From positions 775,481-839,480 of the forward strand of contig BDGG01000002.1 of assembly GCA_001949185.1 (NCBI GenBank): a stretch of 64,000 nucleotides of DNA. The letters are read 5' to 3'. Of the stretch, positions 37,338 through 48,945 are shown piece by piece. Under the pieces are notes generated by a model. It made no database searches. It worked only from the letters and a program-made list of their open reading frames with translations, and had not been told where the DNA came from. The stretch comes from Ramazzottius varieornatus (taxonomy: Eukaryota; Animalia; Tardigrada). The position numbers and the translations under genes are program-made. Within the stretch, counting starts at the first letter, position 1. Each line of letters starts with the position of its first letter.

Positions 37338-37626
37338 ATGTTTTTCCTGCCGAGCTGCCAAGTGGTAAGCCAAACAGTACCCGTTGTCTCACGTGTAAAA
37401 GTTTTGCGATATTATCGAGCAGGCGCTGGTTTGCTTCGCGGTCGTACAGGCAAACATCTCGGATCCGGTTCCGCTGGATCTGAAATCGGACTTGGGTATC
37501 AAGAAGACTACCTGCGTTGTCGGAGCCAACGACGGCCCTTTTGCCATTACTGGATTGCCGGAAGCGTATCGTGGGAAGCGCCCTCTAGTGCGTGATGCTG
37601 GATGTACTGAACTTTTCCTTCGTTGA
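37338..37626 (+). CDS. Putative small secreted protein of 76 aa. Exons 37338-37364 and 37423-37626
   Basis: Splicing gtaagc...cag gives MFFLPSCQVALVCFAVVQANISDPVPLDLKSDLGIKKTTCVVGANDGPFAITGLPEAYRGKRPLVRDAGCTELFLR; AATAAA near 37698. Confidence 0.35.
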
Positions 37627-39439
37627 GGAGCAAAACATTTTAACCGAACGGATTTTCAAATTTTCATAGCCTCGCGGTCAAAATGTGACAATACATCAAA
37701 TAAAATAAATACATTAAATGCACTGGAGGTCGCCACTGGTCGGTGGAAGCGGCACAGACGACGCTCGTCCCGTTTTCGTATAGTTTCGTCAGGACGTCGT
37801 CAGTGCGGTTCCGGTACAATGTATCTTAATGAATAATGCAAAAATTCAATTCTGATATGGCCCGCTCAGTGTTGTTCCGATTATTGTAATTCTTAATCAA
37901 TTTACTGCGTTTTTACCTACCTCCCCGCTAATTTGATTTGACCTTAATTATTCAAGGCATTCATTTGCTCAAGGAAAGGAAATCCCTACTCCCCTCACAG
38001 CGGCTTCGCGTTTGCGTTTCACCATAGCCCATTATCATGTCCGGTCGCGTTACTTCCTTCTTTCACCTTCTTCACAAGTAAGGTCGTTATTCAACACATT
38101 ACACAGCTGTACGGAGCCAAGTACTGCAACGGTGTGCGTCGGACCCATTGGTCCCTCCGGCGCACAAGAAGAGTCTGATGTCGGTGGGAACAGTCTTCCA
38201 AGAGCATTCGCTCGGGAAGTTCAGGCGTACGTGCGTTGCTGCGATCTTCAGCGGGATGGTACCAGGGTGATCCCTATAAGTTGTTTGGATTTTGGAAATT
38301 GGTAGTAAAATCACTTCTACCTCTAAATTTTCATACGTCAGCTTACTCGATAGAACACCTTTTCATCTTCGATATTTGTAAAGGTCTCTTCAACAAAACG
38401 TGATCGTTTGATTGTTGTAAGCTGTGAGAAATCATCATTCTACGGGTAAAAAGTGAGAACATCAGTTAGATTATTTGTATCTGACGGGCAAAACTACAAG
38501 GCTTCCCCATGAAATTGTTTTAAGAAAGGAGTACGTTTGGATCAGTTATCAAAAAAGACGGACGGCTCTTACACGCTGCCGACAGAGAAACTAAAAATAA
38601 TTCAAAATACACGCGAAAACTTTTGCTTACCCCCTGAGTCAGCAGCAATGTTGTCGCTCGCAAACCCAACCGTGTGCATAAACTCGTAAGTGATATTTTC
38701 CTACTATAATAAGAAGGCTTTTCCACCAGGATAGCATCAGAAAAATTATTCTAAAACGTTTCGCACGCAAACAAACCAGCCCAAAGTGCATTGCATGTTG
38801 GTTTGGGAAAACGTTTTGATATCCACCTAGTTCACGTCTTCAGCGCTGTTCTCCTTCTGGACCACAATACAGAGTCGGCAGGCGCATGCGCTTCTCGAGG
38901 TAAATTCACTCGTTGTTGCCAACGTCAGAATGGCGATGTTTGTTGGGATCACAATTTGATTGAAATTTTGGCAACAGAGATTGTACCATGACAATATTGC
39001 CATTAACTCGCAGACTTTGCGCGATGAATTCGACTTGTGTAATGATCCGTTTTCTGTTGCTTTGGACTGACCGCCGTTATTGCTGGGCGGATCGTAGCAA
39101 GGATGAACCAAGGCATCCACTATGTCGGTAACATGCCCGCAACTGGGTATCGTACCGAATTGAAGAAATTGAAGTATCGTACCAAAACCGGCTGTCCCAA
39201 CAGCCGAGACGTCTCGCAGAGCAGTTGGCCCTGTTATGGCCTGGATAGACTGTCGGTTGAGGTCCAGAGCTCCGGGTCCTTCCAGACAGTGAGCCGCACT
39301 GCGATCGCCGATGATTGTGGCTGTCTTGCGAACTCCATCTGCATGAGCGAGAGACCGCGTGGCCTGAAGTAAAGAGAGTATAATCAACCCCTCGAAAAGC
39401 CAGGCTGCAATTGGTTCCGTATGGGTTCCGTATACGTGG

Positions 39440-40025
39440 GGCTGTAGGCCGAGGCTTGGTACCTCGGTTCAAACGCAGCTGGTGAAGCAGGAGGACTTCC
39501 ATCTGCCGATCTGTTGGATGGCTTCGGTTGAGGCACCATTCTGAGCTGCAGTGGTGGCAGCACCGATGCGAAGGCTGTGCGAGGAGTAACCTTCTGGATG
39601 TGTGGGAGGCCCTGAAGACAGGCTTGTAAGGTTCGTTCGAAGGCTGGAAGTGTCAGATAGCTACCAGACTCCAGGATAAAGAACGGATCTTCGAGCCTGC
39701 CGGTAGGTAAACGGATGTGAAGGCATCTGGTCACGGCTCTGACGGGGCAGACAGAGCGAATAGTGGTAGAGAGTTGGACGATGTATCCGTGGCCAGACTG
39801 GTCTGTCTTTAACCGTCGAAGTCGAATGTGGAGACCTTCTGGCTTGACGGTGACATCGGAAAGGACAAGGGTGTGGTTGTCAAGGACTGTGCAGCTGAAC
39901 TACCGTACTCACTGATGCGAAATGCCCCAAAAAAAACGCTAAGGTGAAGGCCGACCAGTAGAGAGCGCGGTCGAGTGGGTGGAGGTCCATGGTAGCCAGT
40001 TTGTCTTTCATGTGGCGCATCACAC
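39440..40025 (-). mobile_element. Second DIRS/Ngaro tyrosine recombinase fragment (frameshifted)
   Basis: LYWSAFTLAFF..FRISEY, IRLRRLKTDQSGHG, VCPVRA, HSLRIGAATTAA, IGRWKSS across frames. Confidence 0.82.
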
Positions 40026-40173
40026 AGAGTTCAACGAGAAGACGCTTGTCGGAATTTTGACCCGACCCTTTTGAAGCCGTTGAGCAGCCGATGGACGGAA
40101 TCAGAGGAAGTGCTACATTGTGTACAAGCGATTAATGTCAATATTTCACTGGCGGGAAGTGTGTTGACTGCAG

Positions 40174-40300
40174 GTCCACATAGTCCTGGAAGATTCCGTC
40201 TCATTGGTCCCTTGCGTAACTCGGTCGAGTTTTCCGAGGCGTTCCAGTGTCGGCCGAATTCGTACATGAATGCCACCACGAGGGCTGCAGTGTGGTTAGC
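40174..40300 (+). pseudogene. Isolated terminal exon of a neprilysin (M13) metallopeptidase
   Basis: Acceptor ctgcag then [32 protein letters not shown]...VW, the M13 C-terminal signature; no HExxH exon nearby. Confidence 0.75.
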
Positions 40301-40632
40301 GTGTCCGACTGTGCTGAATAACTTGGTGTATCACTCCCGTGCTATCGCGACTCAATGTCCCCTTCCACCTACTGTATTGTACCACCTCCCTATTTTACCC
40401 GCGATACGACCACATTGTACTGTGCGGTTTCAACATTCTCCGCAACATGTTCAGATGGTTGTTGTTGACTTTTTTCATGATTATATCAAAGCTGAACAAA
40501 TTCAGGAAGCTCGTGATGATGTTCAAGAACTTACAAAACGTTAGAAAAAGAGTAAAAAAACCTGAAAGATATCCTCTTACAAAAGATGGTAGCGCTGCAT
40601 TTTTCCCGTTAAGCGCTTTTTCCGTGGGAACT

Positions 40633-41650
40633 TTATTCGGGTTCCCCTCTGGCAAAACCCATAGCTTCGAAGCCCAAGTCGCGGTTCGGGGGGCGAGCTA
40701 GAAAAGTAAGCGAAATTAGCAGTTAACGTTATAGTCCTAATAGTACCGTATGTAAAGTTAACCGGGTACTTACTGGCGGCGGCGGGACCGAGGCAGCATA
40801 GTGGTTGGACATTGTTGACCCTGGGACCGCAGTCATCAGTTGGGGTACTTCGCGTTCCAGTGCATGCGGCTACAGCAGCTGGAGTGAGGGCCGAGAAGCA
40901 AGTGCCAGTTTCGGTGCTGCCTTGCAAGTTGGAGCGACACTGGTTAGCGGGAAGCCTGGTGGTGGTAGCTGTCGCAGCGGCAGTGGTACTGGACACCTGG
41001 TAGGGTGTCATAGTCGATCCAGCTCCATATCCGTAGGCCATGGGCTGGACAGTGCTGGGCATCGTGGTCATCATGGTCATGCTGGTGCTGTAGCTGTTTG
41101 AGCCATAACTGCCATATCCACTGCTGTTATTGTTGCTTTGAGCTTGGTAGTAGCCGTTGCTGCTGTTGACGTGGACGTTTCCGTATGTGTTGGAGGCTGG
41201 CGCTTGGGTGGCGTACTGCTGCTGGTTGTTATAGTTGTTGCTGTTCTGATGGTGGTAACCGTTATTCATGTTGTTATTATTATTGTTGTTGTACCCGCCG
41301 TTCATGTTGTGGTTGTTGTTGTTATTATTGGTGCTGTAGCCATTGTTTTGGTTGCCATATCCGTTGTTGTTCATCATGTTTCCGCCGTATCCGTGTTTTT
41401 TCTGCATACCGTATCCTCCTTGTCCATAACCGCCGTGGCCGCCGTTGTTGCCGAAGCCACCAACTCCGCCAATGTTGCCGAAACCTCCTTCGCCAAAGAT
41501 GTTGCCAAAGCCGAAACCTCCTCCACCGAATCCACCAAACCCACCGAACTGTCTTCCTTCCGCGGTAATCGGCTCCTTTTCAGACTCCGCACCGATCGAA
41601 GATCCGAACGATAGTAACACAGCAACAAAACCAAAGATGAAATGTGTCAT
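40633..41650 (-). CDS. Secreted Gly/Asn/Tyr-rich low-complexity protein with a C-terminal 6-Cys module. Exons 41650-40774 and 40697-40633
   Basis: Signal MTHFIFGFVAVLLSFGSSIGA; GGF repeats; poly-N/GY tract; Thr-rich linker; C-x12-C-x11-C-x10-C-x10-CC; strong gtaagt donor and ttttctag acceptor. Confidence 0.8.
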
Positions 41651-42240
41651 CTTGCCGGATGTAAACAACAGGCCCGGCGGAATTTGGAAGTCAAGACCGA
41701 CAATGAAACAAAATTCTTGTGCGTTCAGAGTCGATTTCTGATGCTTTTATTTTCGTATCCAATGGCCGGTTTATAAATTATGTACAGTGCAACTCGTTTT
41801 ATTTTGTCTTTCCGTAATACGGTTACTAAACGCGGTGAATAAGTTACGATCGTTCCGATATGCCAACTTTTGCTTGTAATATTAGAGGAAATATGTGAAA
41901 AACGCTAGGAGAGTACAACGGATCTGTCATGTTATGATTTTTCGTTACGCTGGAATCATTAGCTTCACTTCAATTCTGGGCAGTACGATTCTGAAAAACT
42001 ACGGCTTGAACGCTTTGGCGCATTTTGGCTAGCCTATTAGAGCGTTGATCATGCGCACTTGAAGCAGACACGCCGCCAGCCATTTTCGATAACTATACGT
42101 CTTTGTAAGCCACGTGTAACTTTCTTGCCGCAGTGATAACCGCATGCCAGCGTTATCAAGGCCTCAACACTCGCTCTCGATCTAGACACAGTATATTATA
42201 GAAAGAGCGGTTCTCTCTAAGCTTTGTTTCCTCTGCCCAT

Positions 42241-42676
42241 GGGTGGTACTTTTGACCTCCTGGCCGCTTCATCGTCGAATTCTTATGGAATCTTCAATGG
42301 CCATAAGTCTTAGATCAGTTTTTGGAAGTAACTTGCCGTTTCAGAAGGTTGAGATGAGTTCTTGATCATCCCGCTACCAGGGAAGATCAACTGGTAGGAT
42401 TCTGATCCCCGGTATGTACGATCCACCACACAATCGTACCGTGATTCAGTCCCGGGTTGCGAGAACGCGGCAACCAACGATCAGCTGCCAATCAGTGAGA
42501 CGTACATGTGAAATATCGCACACAGTCANNNNNNNNNNNNNNNNNNNNNNNNNNNNNNNNNNNNNNNNNNNNNNNNNNTCACTGATTGGCAGATGATCGT
42601 TGATTGCCGCGTTCTCGCAACCCGGGACTGATTCTCGCGTACAATTGTGTTGTGGATCGTACATACCGGGGATCAT
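42241..42676. repeat. Fold-back element with inverted arms on both sides of an assembly gap
   Basis: About 42403-42500 is the reverse complement of 42579-42676; the left part is shared with 9250-9452. Confidence 0.7.
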
Positions 42677-43781
42677 GCATACATCCGTCACAGCGGACCT
42701 CTGTAGCTGAGAATCCGGACACGAACTAACAAAGCCTATTGTTGAATTCGACGCAGCAAACCAGACGTGTAGAAGCTCGAATTGTCAGCTCTGCTTTGAA
42801 GAGGCTGTACCACGCCTGGCCAGACCATGAAACTTTATGAACGCGAGATTTATGAATAGAAAAACGCCGCTTTTCTTGTCTCACAGACTGTCTAGGACGA
42901 TGTACAGTATACGTGAACTTGGAATATATTTGATGCAGTCAAAAACGGTCATTGAGCGTCAATTTCCATTGTTCAGGACATAAACTTCGTCTGGGCGAAC
43001 GACAACGAGCAGCTCATAGACCCATTTACATTTACGCTGTCCGTTGCAACAGCAGGGACGAATCTTTCTTCTGATGGCGTGACACCCTCTTCATTCTTAC
43101 TTCACCCTTGCCCAGATCATAGATAAAGATTGCGCTAACATGTTACATCCTGTTTTCCGTATCGCCATACTATCAGCCTTGGGTATGGGTCAGGGTTATG
43201 CTCAGAGTGAGACGAGAGATAAGGAGCAAAGATATTAGCTTTCTGAGGAGTTTTTTATCTGTGGCAAGGGACTTACTATTGAGCGGGTCAGGAGACTGAT
43301 ACTCAACTTTGGGATGGGACTTCTCGCAGTGCTTATAGACAAGGCGTCCGTAGGTGAGGGAGATGAAACAGGCGTGAACGCGACAACAATCGAAACCCCC
43401 CAATTGGTAGCTAAATGCCACTTTTCCCCCGACAGTTCTAGGATGTGTTCGGTACTTTTGAGCCGTTTCGGCCGTTTTGAGGCGCGGCGTTTGTAAGTAT
43501 TCATTCGTGATGGTCTTTCCTTTGAACAACAATTCCTCAAGAACGAAACGACATAGAAAGAACTGGAGCACGCTAAACCGAAAAGTGATTTAAAAGAAGC
43601 TTTAACTGTGTGCAGCTACCGGTGACCTATTTGCCATACCCAGGACGTCATGGTGGGTAGGAAGTCGTTGCACGTTTTTGTTCTGTTGATTGTACCGTTG
43701 TTTTGCCTGATGGTGGCATTTACGTTTTCCATATTTTATGAGATGCTGTATCTAAACTGCGCGCAGTTTTCTCTGTATAGT

Positions 43782-44290
43782 TCAAACAGAACAAAAAATT
43801 GAAATAAGGCAGTTCTTCAACAGAAACAAAGCTTGGTGGGCCGATATTTTTTCCAAGCGTGTAGTCATGAGCTCAGCTTGCCGAATCTTTTTCTCTAGGA
43901 CCGGAGGGATCGCTTCGGGGAAGACTGGAGCTCCAAATAGCGTTAGGCTCTCCTTGTCCGGAAATATTACGCCGGGGCAGAGGAGCTTCATTTTCTGGCG
44001 TGTAACTTGCTGTTGGGTAGGAGTACCTCAACAGACAACAAACTCACATTTGGACGTATTGAGCTCAAGGCCCAGAGAAGCGCCGATCTTCACAATGGTC
44101 TGGAAGTCCCTGCTTACCAGTTCGAAGTCTCCACCAAGCGTGGCATCGTCAAGATACCATACATTGAAGGGCGACTGAAGCGACTTGGACAGGTTCCGGG
44201 TCAGAAGACAGAACAGCAATGGCCCTAGGGGGTCTCCCTGTTGAACCCCCCGGGCGGAATGGATGACGTGCTCGCCGTAGATGAGATTTT
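43782..44290 (-). mobile_element. CRE-clade non-LTR retrotransposon RT fragment
   Basis: GVQQGDPLGPLLFCL, WYLDDATLGG, LGLELNTSKCE, LTLFGAP, AHQALFLLKNC. Confidence 0.85.
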
Positions 44291-45396
44291 TTGGCGATAT
44301 ATTGGCCATATTTTTGCTGCATCCGTCTTTCACGTTGTTGTCGTTGTGGTATCCATTGTTCGGGACGGTTTTCGTTGTTTTCGGACAATTTCCTCCCATC
44401 TGTTGCCGCATGGGCTGTACTTCGGGCTAGCGTCGTTCCATCTCTAGTTCTACGAACTGATCCGTGGCGAACCAATGGCGGGCTGAGATAGGGAGCAGCG
44501 CATAGAAGGCAAGCAGAACTGAGACGTTGACCATAATAATATGCATCTTAATGTTAGCAGAGAGAACGACTGTCGCCAGTGATAACTACGGAAGAGACAA
44601 ATGTCTGCTTTCCAAGTTCCGTCAATATAACAAGCTGATACTTCCACTATTCTTCTCCCAGCTTACTTCTCGATCCTCTCCGTTTCCTTGGTTCTGGCTT
44701 TGATGAAACAACTCCGGGGGACAGGCACTCTTCCCCCGAATCCTCGTCGATTGTTTCCCACTTCCGTACAGCGGAAAATGATTCCGTAGAACATCTTGCT
44801 GGTTTGAGTTATTTCAGGATGCTTCGCTGACTTTGTCTCTCAGGATGTCACAGCCTGACTCTATAATGCTATGTGCGAAGTGTGGAGAGCTCTGCGCGGC
44901 CAGAGACATGAGTAGACACGCTGGGATGCCGACGCGCGTAACCAACCGAAAAAGTAACAGAAGGAGGAACACTACACTACACTTTGGCGCGCATCGTTTT
45001 CCTTTAATTAAAGTCCTTCCATCTGGACTGTCTAATTCCCGTTTGGGTGGCCCCAGAGTATCCAGGTAGATTTCTTGGGGGTAGAAGCCATCTATTTCTG
45101 AGGATCTACCTGGGCTGGCGAACTCTGGAAGGCTATCGGGCTAGCCGGAGTTTCACTATTTGGTAAGTGACTCCAATCAACCGACTCCTCTGTTGATTTG
45201 TTGCCCTGTGGAGCCTGTGGCTGCCCCTGTTGTCCCTGATTACAGAATGACCAACGTCCGTGGGACAACCGATGGGAACCTGGGGAAACAGCAGACTCTC
45301 CGATAAAAGAATCTTAACGGGATAAAGTCGAAGACCGAAGAAGTCAAAGCGTGGACGGAGAAAGGTAGCGTCGACATCGGAGCCTTCGTCGAGACA

Positions 45397-46650
45397 ATGG
45401 CGGACGATACAGTGACAGATGGGTCGATTACTGATTTGCAGAAATACAGCGTCTACAGGAAAGATCGCGCAGGATGTCAGAAGGTAACCGGCGGTGGCGT
45501 CGCTGTCATTGCCAGAAAGGACCTTCACACGTTAAGGGTCGACGAGTATGAAGTAGAAGGTCACGAGTTGCTGTGGCTGAAGGTAGTGGGATGGAAGATG
45601 ATCGCAGTGGTCGGTGTATTGTACGCTCGAGGTATTCGCAAAGCTACGTACCTCTGTCCAAAAGATACCACCCTACCTCAGAAGAAACCTGATCCTGCTG
45701 GGCGATTTCAACTGTCCAGACATTAACTGGAAGGACATGTCAGCAAACCAACCTCGTACAAGGGAGCTACTTTCCGTCATCAAAGAATTCGGGCTGTTCC
45801 AAAGAGTCCGGGGAGTCACCAGAGTACGAAAAGAGTCGTCTTCGTGCTTGGAACTCCTTTTCGTCACCCAGCTGAGCCTTGTCCGCCAGGTCAGTAGCCT
45901 CCCTGAGCTGACGTTTTCCAACGACCACAGCGGACTGCATTGTCTGGTGAAAGTGTGGACAGTGAATTTCCCAACGCCTCCGAAACCAATATGGGTGCTC
46001 GAGACCGGAAGTCAGCAAGAATTCCGTAAAGAAGTGGCTGGCTTGGACTGGAAGTCGTTCTTTGATGCACAGTGTAACTCATATGTGGCCGTCGTTACCT
46101 TCGAAGCTAAACTAGTGGAAATTGCGCAGAAACATTTCAGGTTGAAGAAAGTTGGATCGAGAAGTCTTACCCGACCATCACTCTCCCCACGGACTATTGA
46201 CAGTCTTAAGAGACGTGACGCGGCTTCCCGAAAATGGACCAAGACCGAAGATCCAAGGGACTACAACTCTTGGGTGGATCGCGCAAGAGAAACGAAGAGG
46301 CTCCTCAAGGCAACAAAGACGAAGCAACTACGAAACATCGCCACTCTGTCAAGAAGACGTCCAGATGCGCTGTGGAAGCACGTGAAGCGGTCCGCCAAGT
46401 CCGGAAGCATTCCTCCGATTCTTTTACCCGGCACCAAACCCAATACCTGGTCCACCCAAAGCACAGAACGTAATACATAGCCAACGTATTTCAGAAAGAT
46501 CACGACCAGTGTGGGGAACATTGCTAACCGATCAACAATCAAGTCCCCTCCACTGCTACAAGATGCAAAGGCTGGCTGCCAATGCTGACAGTGACTGGAC
46601 GGAAATATGGTATGTACTACGGAAACTCCCTGGTAAGAAAACGGCAGGCT
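45397..46650 (+). mobile_element. CR1/L2-like LINE ORF2: AP-endonuclease domain and linker (frameshifted)
   Basis: YSVYRKDR...GGGVA, ELLWL, LILLGDFNCPDINW, SNDH, LWKHVKR, LRKLPGKKTAG. Confidence 0.85.
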
Positions 46651-46652
46651 CA

Positions 46653-46990
46653 CTGCTTCTCTGTGGTTTCTACATTCGGCTGGTGTTTTGAGAGGTTGCT
46701 CTTGAGAGCGGTGGTAAGGTTACGTTTCTTGTTGTGCTCCTTGATAGGCTGTTTGAGACCTGCAAATCTGAACATCACAAGGTCTCGCCACGACGACTCC
46801 CATTTCTCTTCGACCTAGCAGCGACAAGTTTGACCGTTCCTCGGTCAAACTGGTTGCTGCCCAACATTCGGGCACCCTTCGGAATTTGACGGAGGACTTT
46901 AGTCGAAGCTTTGTGCTGCTGTAGGACTTCATGGAATGGCTTGGATGCGATCTGCTGTTCGGAAGTTGAGGCAGTTGATTGACTTGCCTG
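46653..46990 (-). mobile_element. CRE-clade ORF fragment upstream of RT
   Basis: KVLRQIPKGAR and NLTTALKSNL motifs. Confidence 0.55.
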
Positions 46991-47119
46991 GTCCGTGTTA
47001 ATAGTAATAATAAATGCTTTACTCGAGTATGATCGCCAGCAGATTAGCTCAGCCTTGGACACAAGATAAAAGGACGGCAAGAGAGCCAGAGAAAAAGTTT
47101 CGGATCTAAAGCATAACAA

Positions 47120-47830
47120 CTACTTTAAACAATCATCGATGTTCTTTTCGCACCAAGAGAAGCCCCGCAGATCGAGACGATCTAGAGAGGACTTGAAGGC
47201 AGGAAGACTTTCGCAGCTTGCAGAGGCGGGACAGAAATGTTTATCATTGACCAGTGCAGATGCAACGTAGGCAAAGCTATCAGAGGCTACTTTCAAAAGT
47301 TCTAGTTCTTTGATCAGCTCGGCTTCTCTACAGTTTTCCCCCAGCTGGTCCCGACACTCTTGAAAAGCTTGGCAGTCTTCAGCCTCACCGATCACCTGGT
47401 GGGCCACCAAGTCATCAGCATACTGAAACAGCTCACACTTGACCGAGTTGGAGAGCTTATTTACCGCCACAATGAAGAGCAGTGGGTCCAGAACGGAACC
47501 TTGCGATACACCTGACCGGACTTCACTGAACTCACTGTAGTAGCCTCCAACTGTCACTCTTTGGGTTCTGCCGCGTAGGTAATCGGACATCAGCTCCAGC
47601 AGGTCACCGGTGACGCCATGGTCTTGGAGGCTTTTCACCAGTACATTATGGGGAACATATAGAGGAGACAAGAGAGAAACAGGCCTCCAGGTGGCGCCAC
47701 CTTTCTTTGTGGTTGGTACAACATCGGCCTTCTTCCAGGAGGAGGGATACTGCTTTGTGGTGAGGATCAGGTCGAAGAGGCGGTTAAATGCTGAACCAGC
47801 TGCCTTGAGCAACAGCCGAAAGACGCGGTG
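47120..47830 (-). mobile_element. CR1/L2-like RT fragment with internal deletions
   Basis: YPSSWKKADVVP, WRPVSLLS, DYLRGRTQRV, SGVSQGSVLDPLLF, QYADDL. Confidence 0.85.
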
Positions 47831-48545
47831 CTAAAGAAGATAGTGGAAGGAATGATTAATGATGGCAACGTCAGCGGAGCGTTACGAGTACTTTCAAGTC
47901 AGAATTTTGCACCAGCAACCACAACGGAAGTTCTGGGTATCCTCCGAGAAAAGCATCTCTGAGAAAGTCCGGAGTTTCCAAGTGGAGTCTCTTCACCACA
48001 GCTCAAGCCCCCTGCACCTGATCTGCGCCGCCGACAGCCTGGGACACGTCTCTTTTCGAAGATGTCCACGGGAACCTCGTAAGTATCGCGTCGGATAAGC
48101 GAGATTACTTGCTGCTTCAGACAAGACCACGGGTTTCCTGGCTCCACGCGTTCCCCTCTTCCTCGCTGGGCAACCTCCTCGACAACGACGCCCTCCGCGT
48201 CAGGGTGGGCCTTCGTTTAGGAGGCAATCTGTGTCGTCCTCACACTTGTCGCTGTGGAGCCAACATGGATGATTACGGTCAGCACGGTTTGAGTTGTAAA
48301 TTCAGTGGCGGTCCCGGCCATCCTTGAGCCTCTGGGCATCCTCAGAAAGAACAAGAGAGGACTGGATCGCGTGACGGCAAGTACCCTGGAGGAACGGCAA
48401 GGAGCTCCTCTCGGACGTGAAGTGGTCGATACCATGGCCATAACGAATTTGGCCATGTCCACGTTTAAAGCTGGATCCGCCACAGAAGCAGCCGAAAAAA
48501 AGAGAGTACCGGGAAAACCAGTTGCACTATATTCCACTGGGGTAT
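47828..48545 (+). mobile_element. CRE-clade fragments: pre-RT region joined to the C-terminal zinc knuckle and restriction-like endonuclease
   Basis: INDGNVSGALRVL...LREKH; SWLHAFPSSSLGNLLD..LRVRVGLRLG..CRPHTCRCG...GQHGLSCK; PAILEP; AGSATEAAEKK. Confidence 0.8.
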
Positions 48546-48864
48546 AGTGCAGCAGAACTTGTGAAATGTATCTGTCAGAATATGGCGCCTGCTCTGTTGC
48601 TAGTGTTGTGCGGTACTGTTTTCGGCGACCAGCCGAAAATCGGGAGTGGAGTCACTGTCCTTCTCCCTCCCCATCAATGTAATGCCACGAAAGCCTGGAT
48701 GTTTACGGGGGTAACCTCGCCTTCGCTGGCAGTCAAGAATGTGCCGAAAGACAAGAGAGAGCCTGATTTTGTTTGCAATCCAGATGTCGACGAATACTGC
48801 AACCTTGTCAAAGCGCGCTATTGTTGCGGCTTTGGCATGCGAAGCTCCTCGTTGGGAAAAGTGC

Positions 48865-48945
48865 TTAAGCTTGCCCGAAGTTATGCTTGTTGACGTGCTT
48901 CGGCGCTTGTCGTGGACGTAGATTGCCCTGCTTATTGTCACATGC
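48865..48945 (+). pseudogene. Possible F-box motif remnant
   Basis: LSLPEVMLVDVLRRLSWT*IALLIVTC resembles the F-box consensus and has an in-frame stop. Confidence 0.3.

Noticed and set aside
38791-39372. RCC and DDCGC suggested a TGF-beta/cystine-knot ligand
   Set aside because: The pieces are in different frames with stops, and CxGxC and the internal CC are missing; at most a decayed Cys-containing gene of unknown family
41138-41741. Cys-rich, Val-rich and Pro-rich plus-strand ORFs
   Set aside because: Antisense shadows of the Asn/Gly repeats
42403-42676. Inverted arms as a functional hairpin RNA
   Set aside because: They flank an N-gap and share sequence with a dispersed repeat, so a fold-back TE or assembly effect is more likely
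43173-43571. Possible C2H2-like finger (CRVHAC...HCEKSH)
   Set aside because: Weak motif, no supported gene model, inside TE debris
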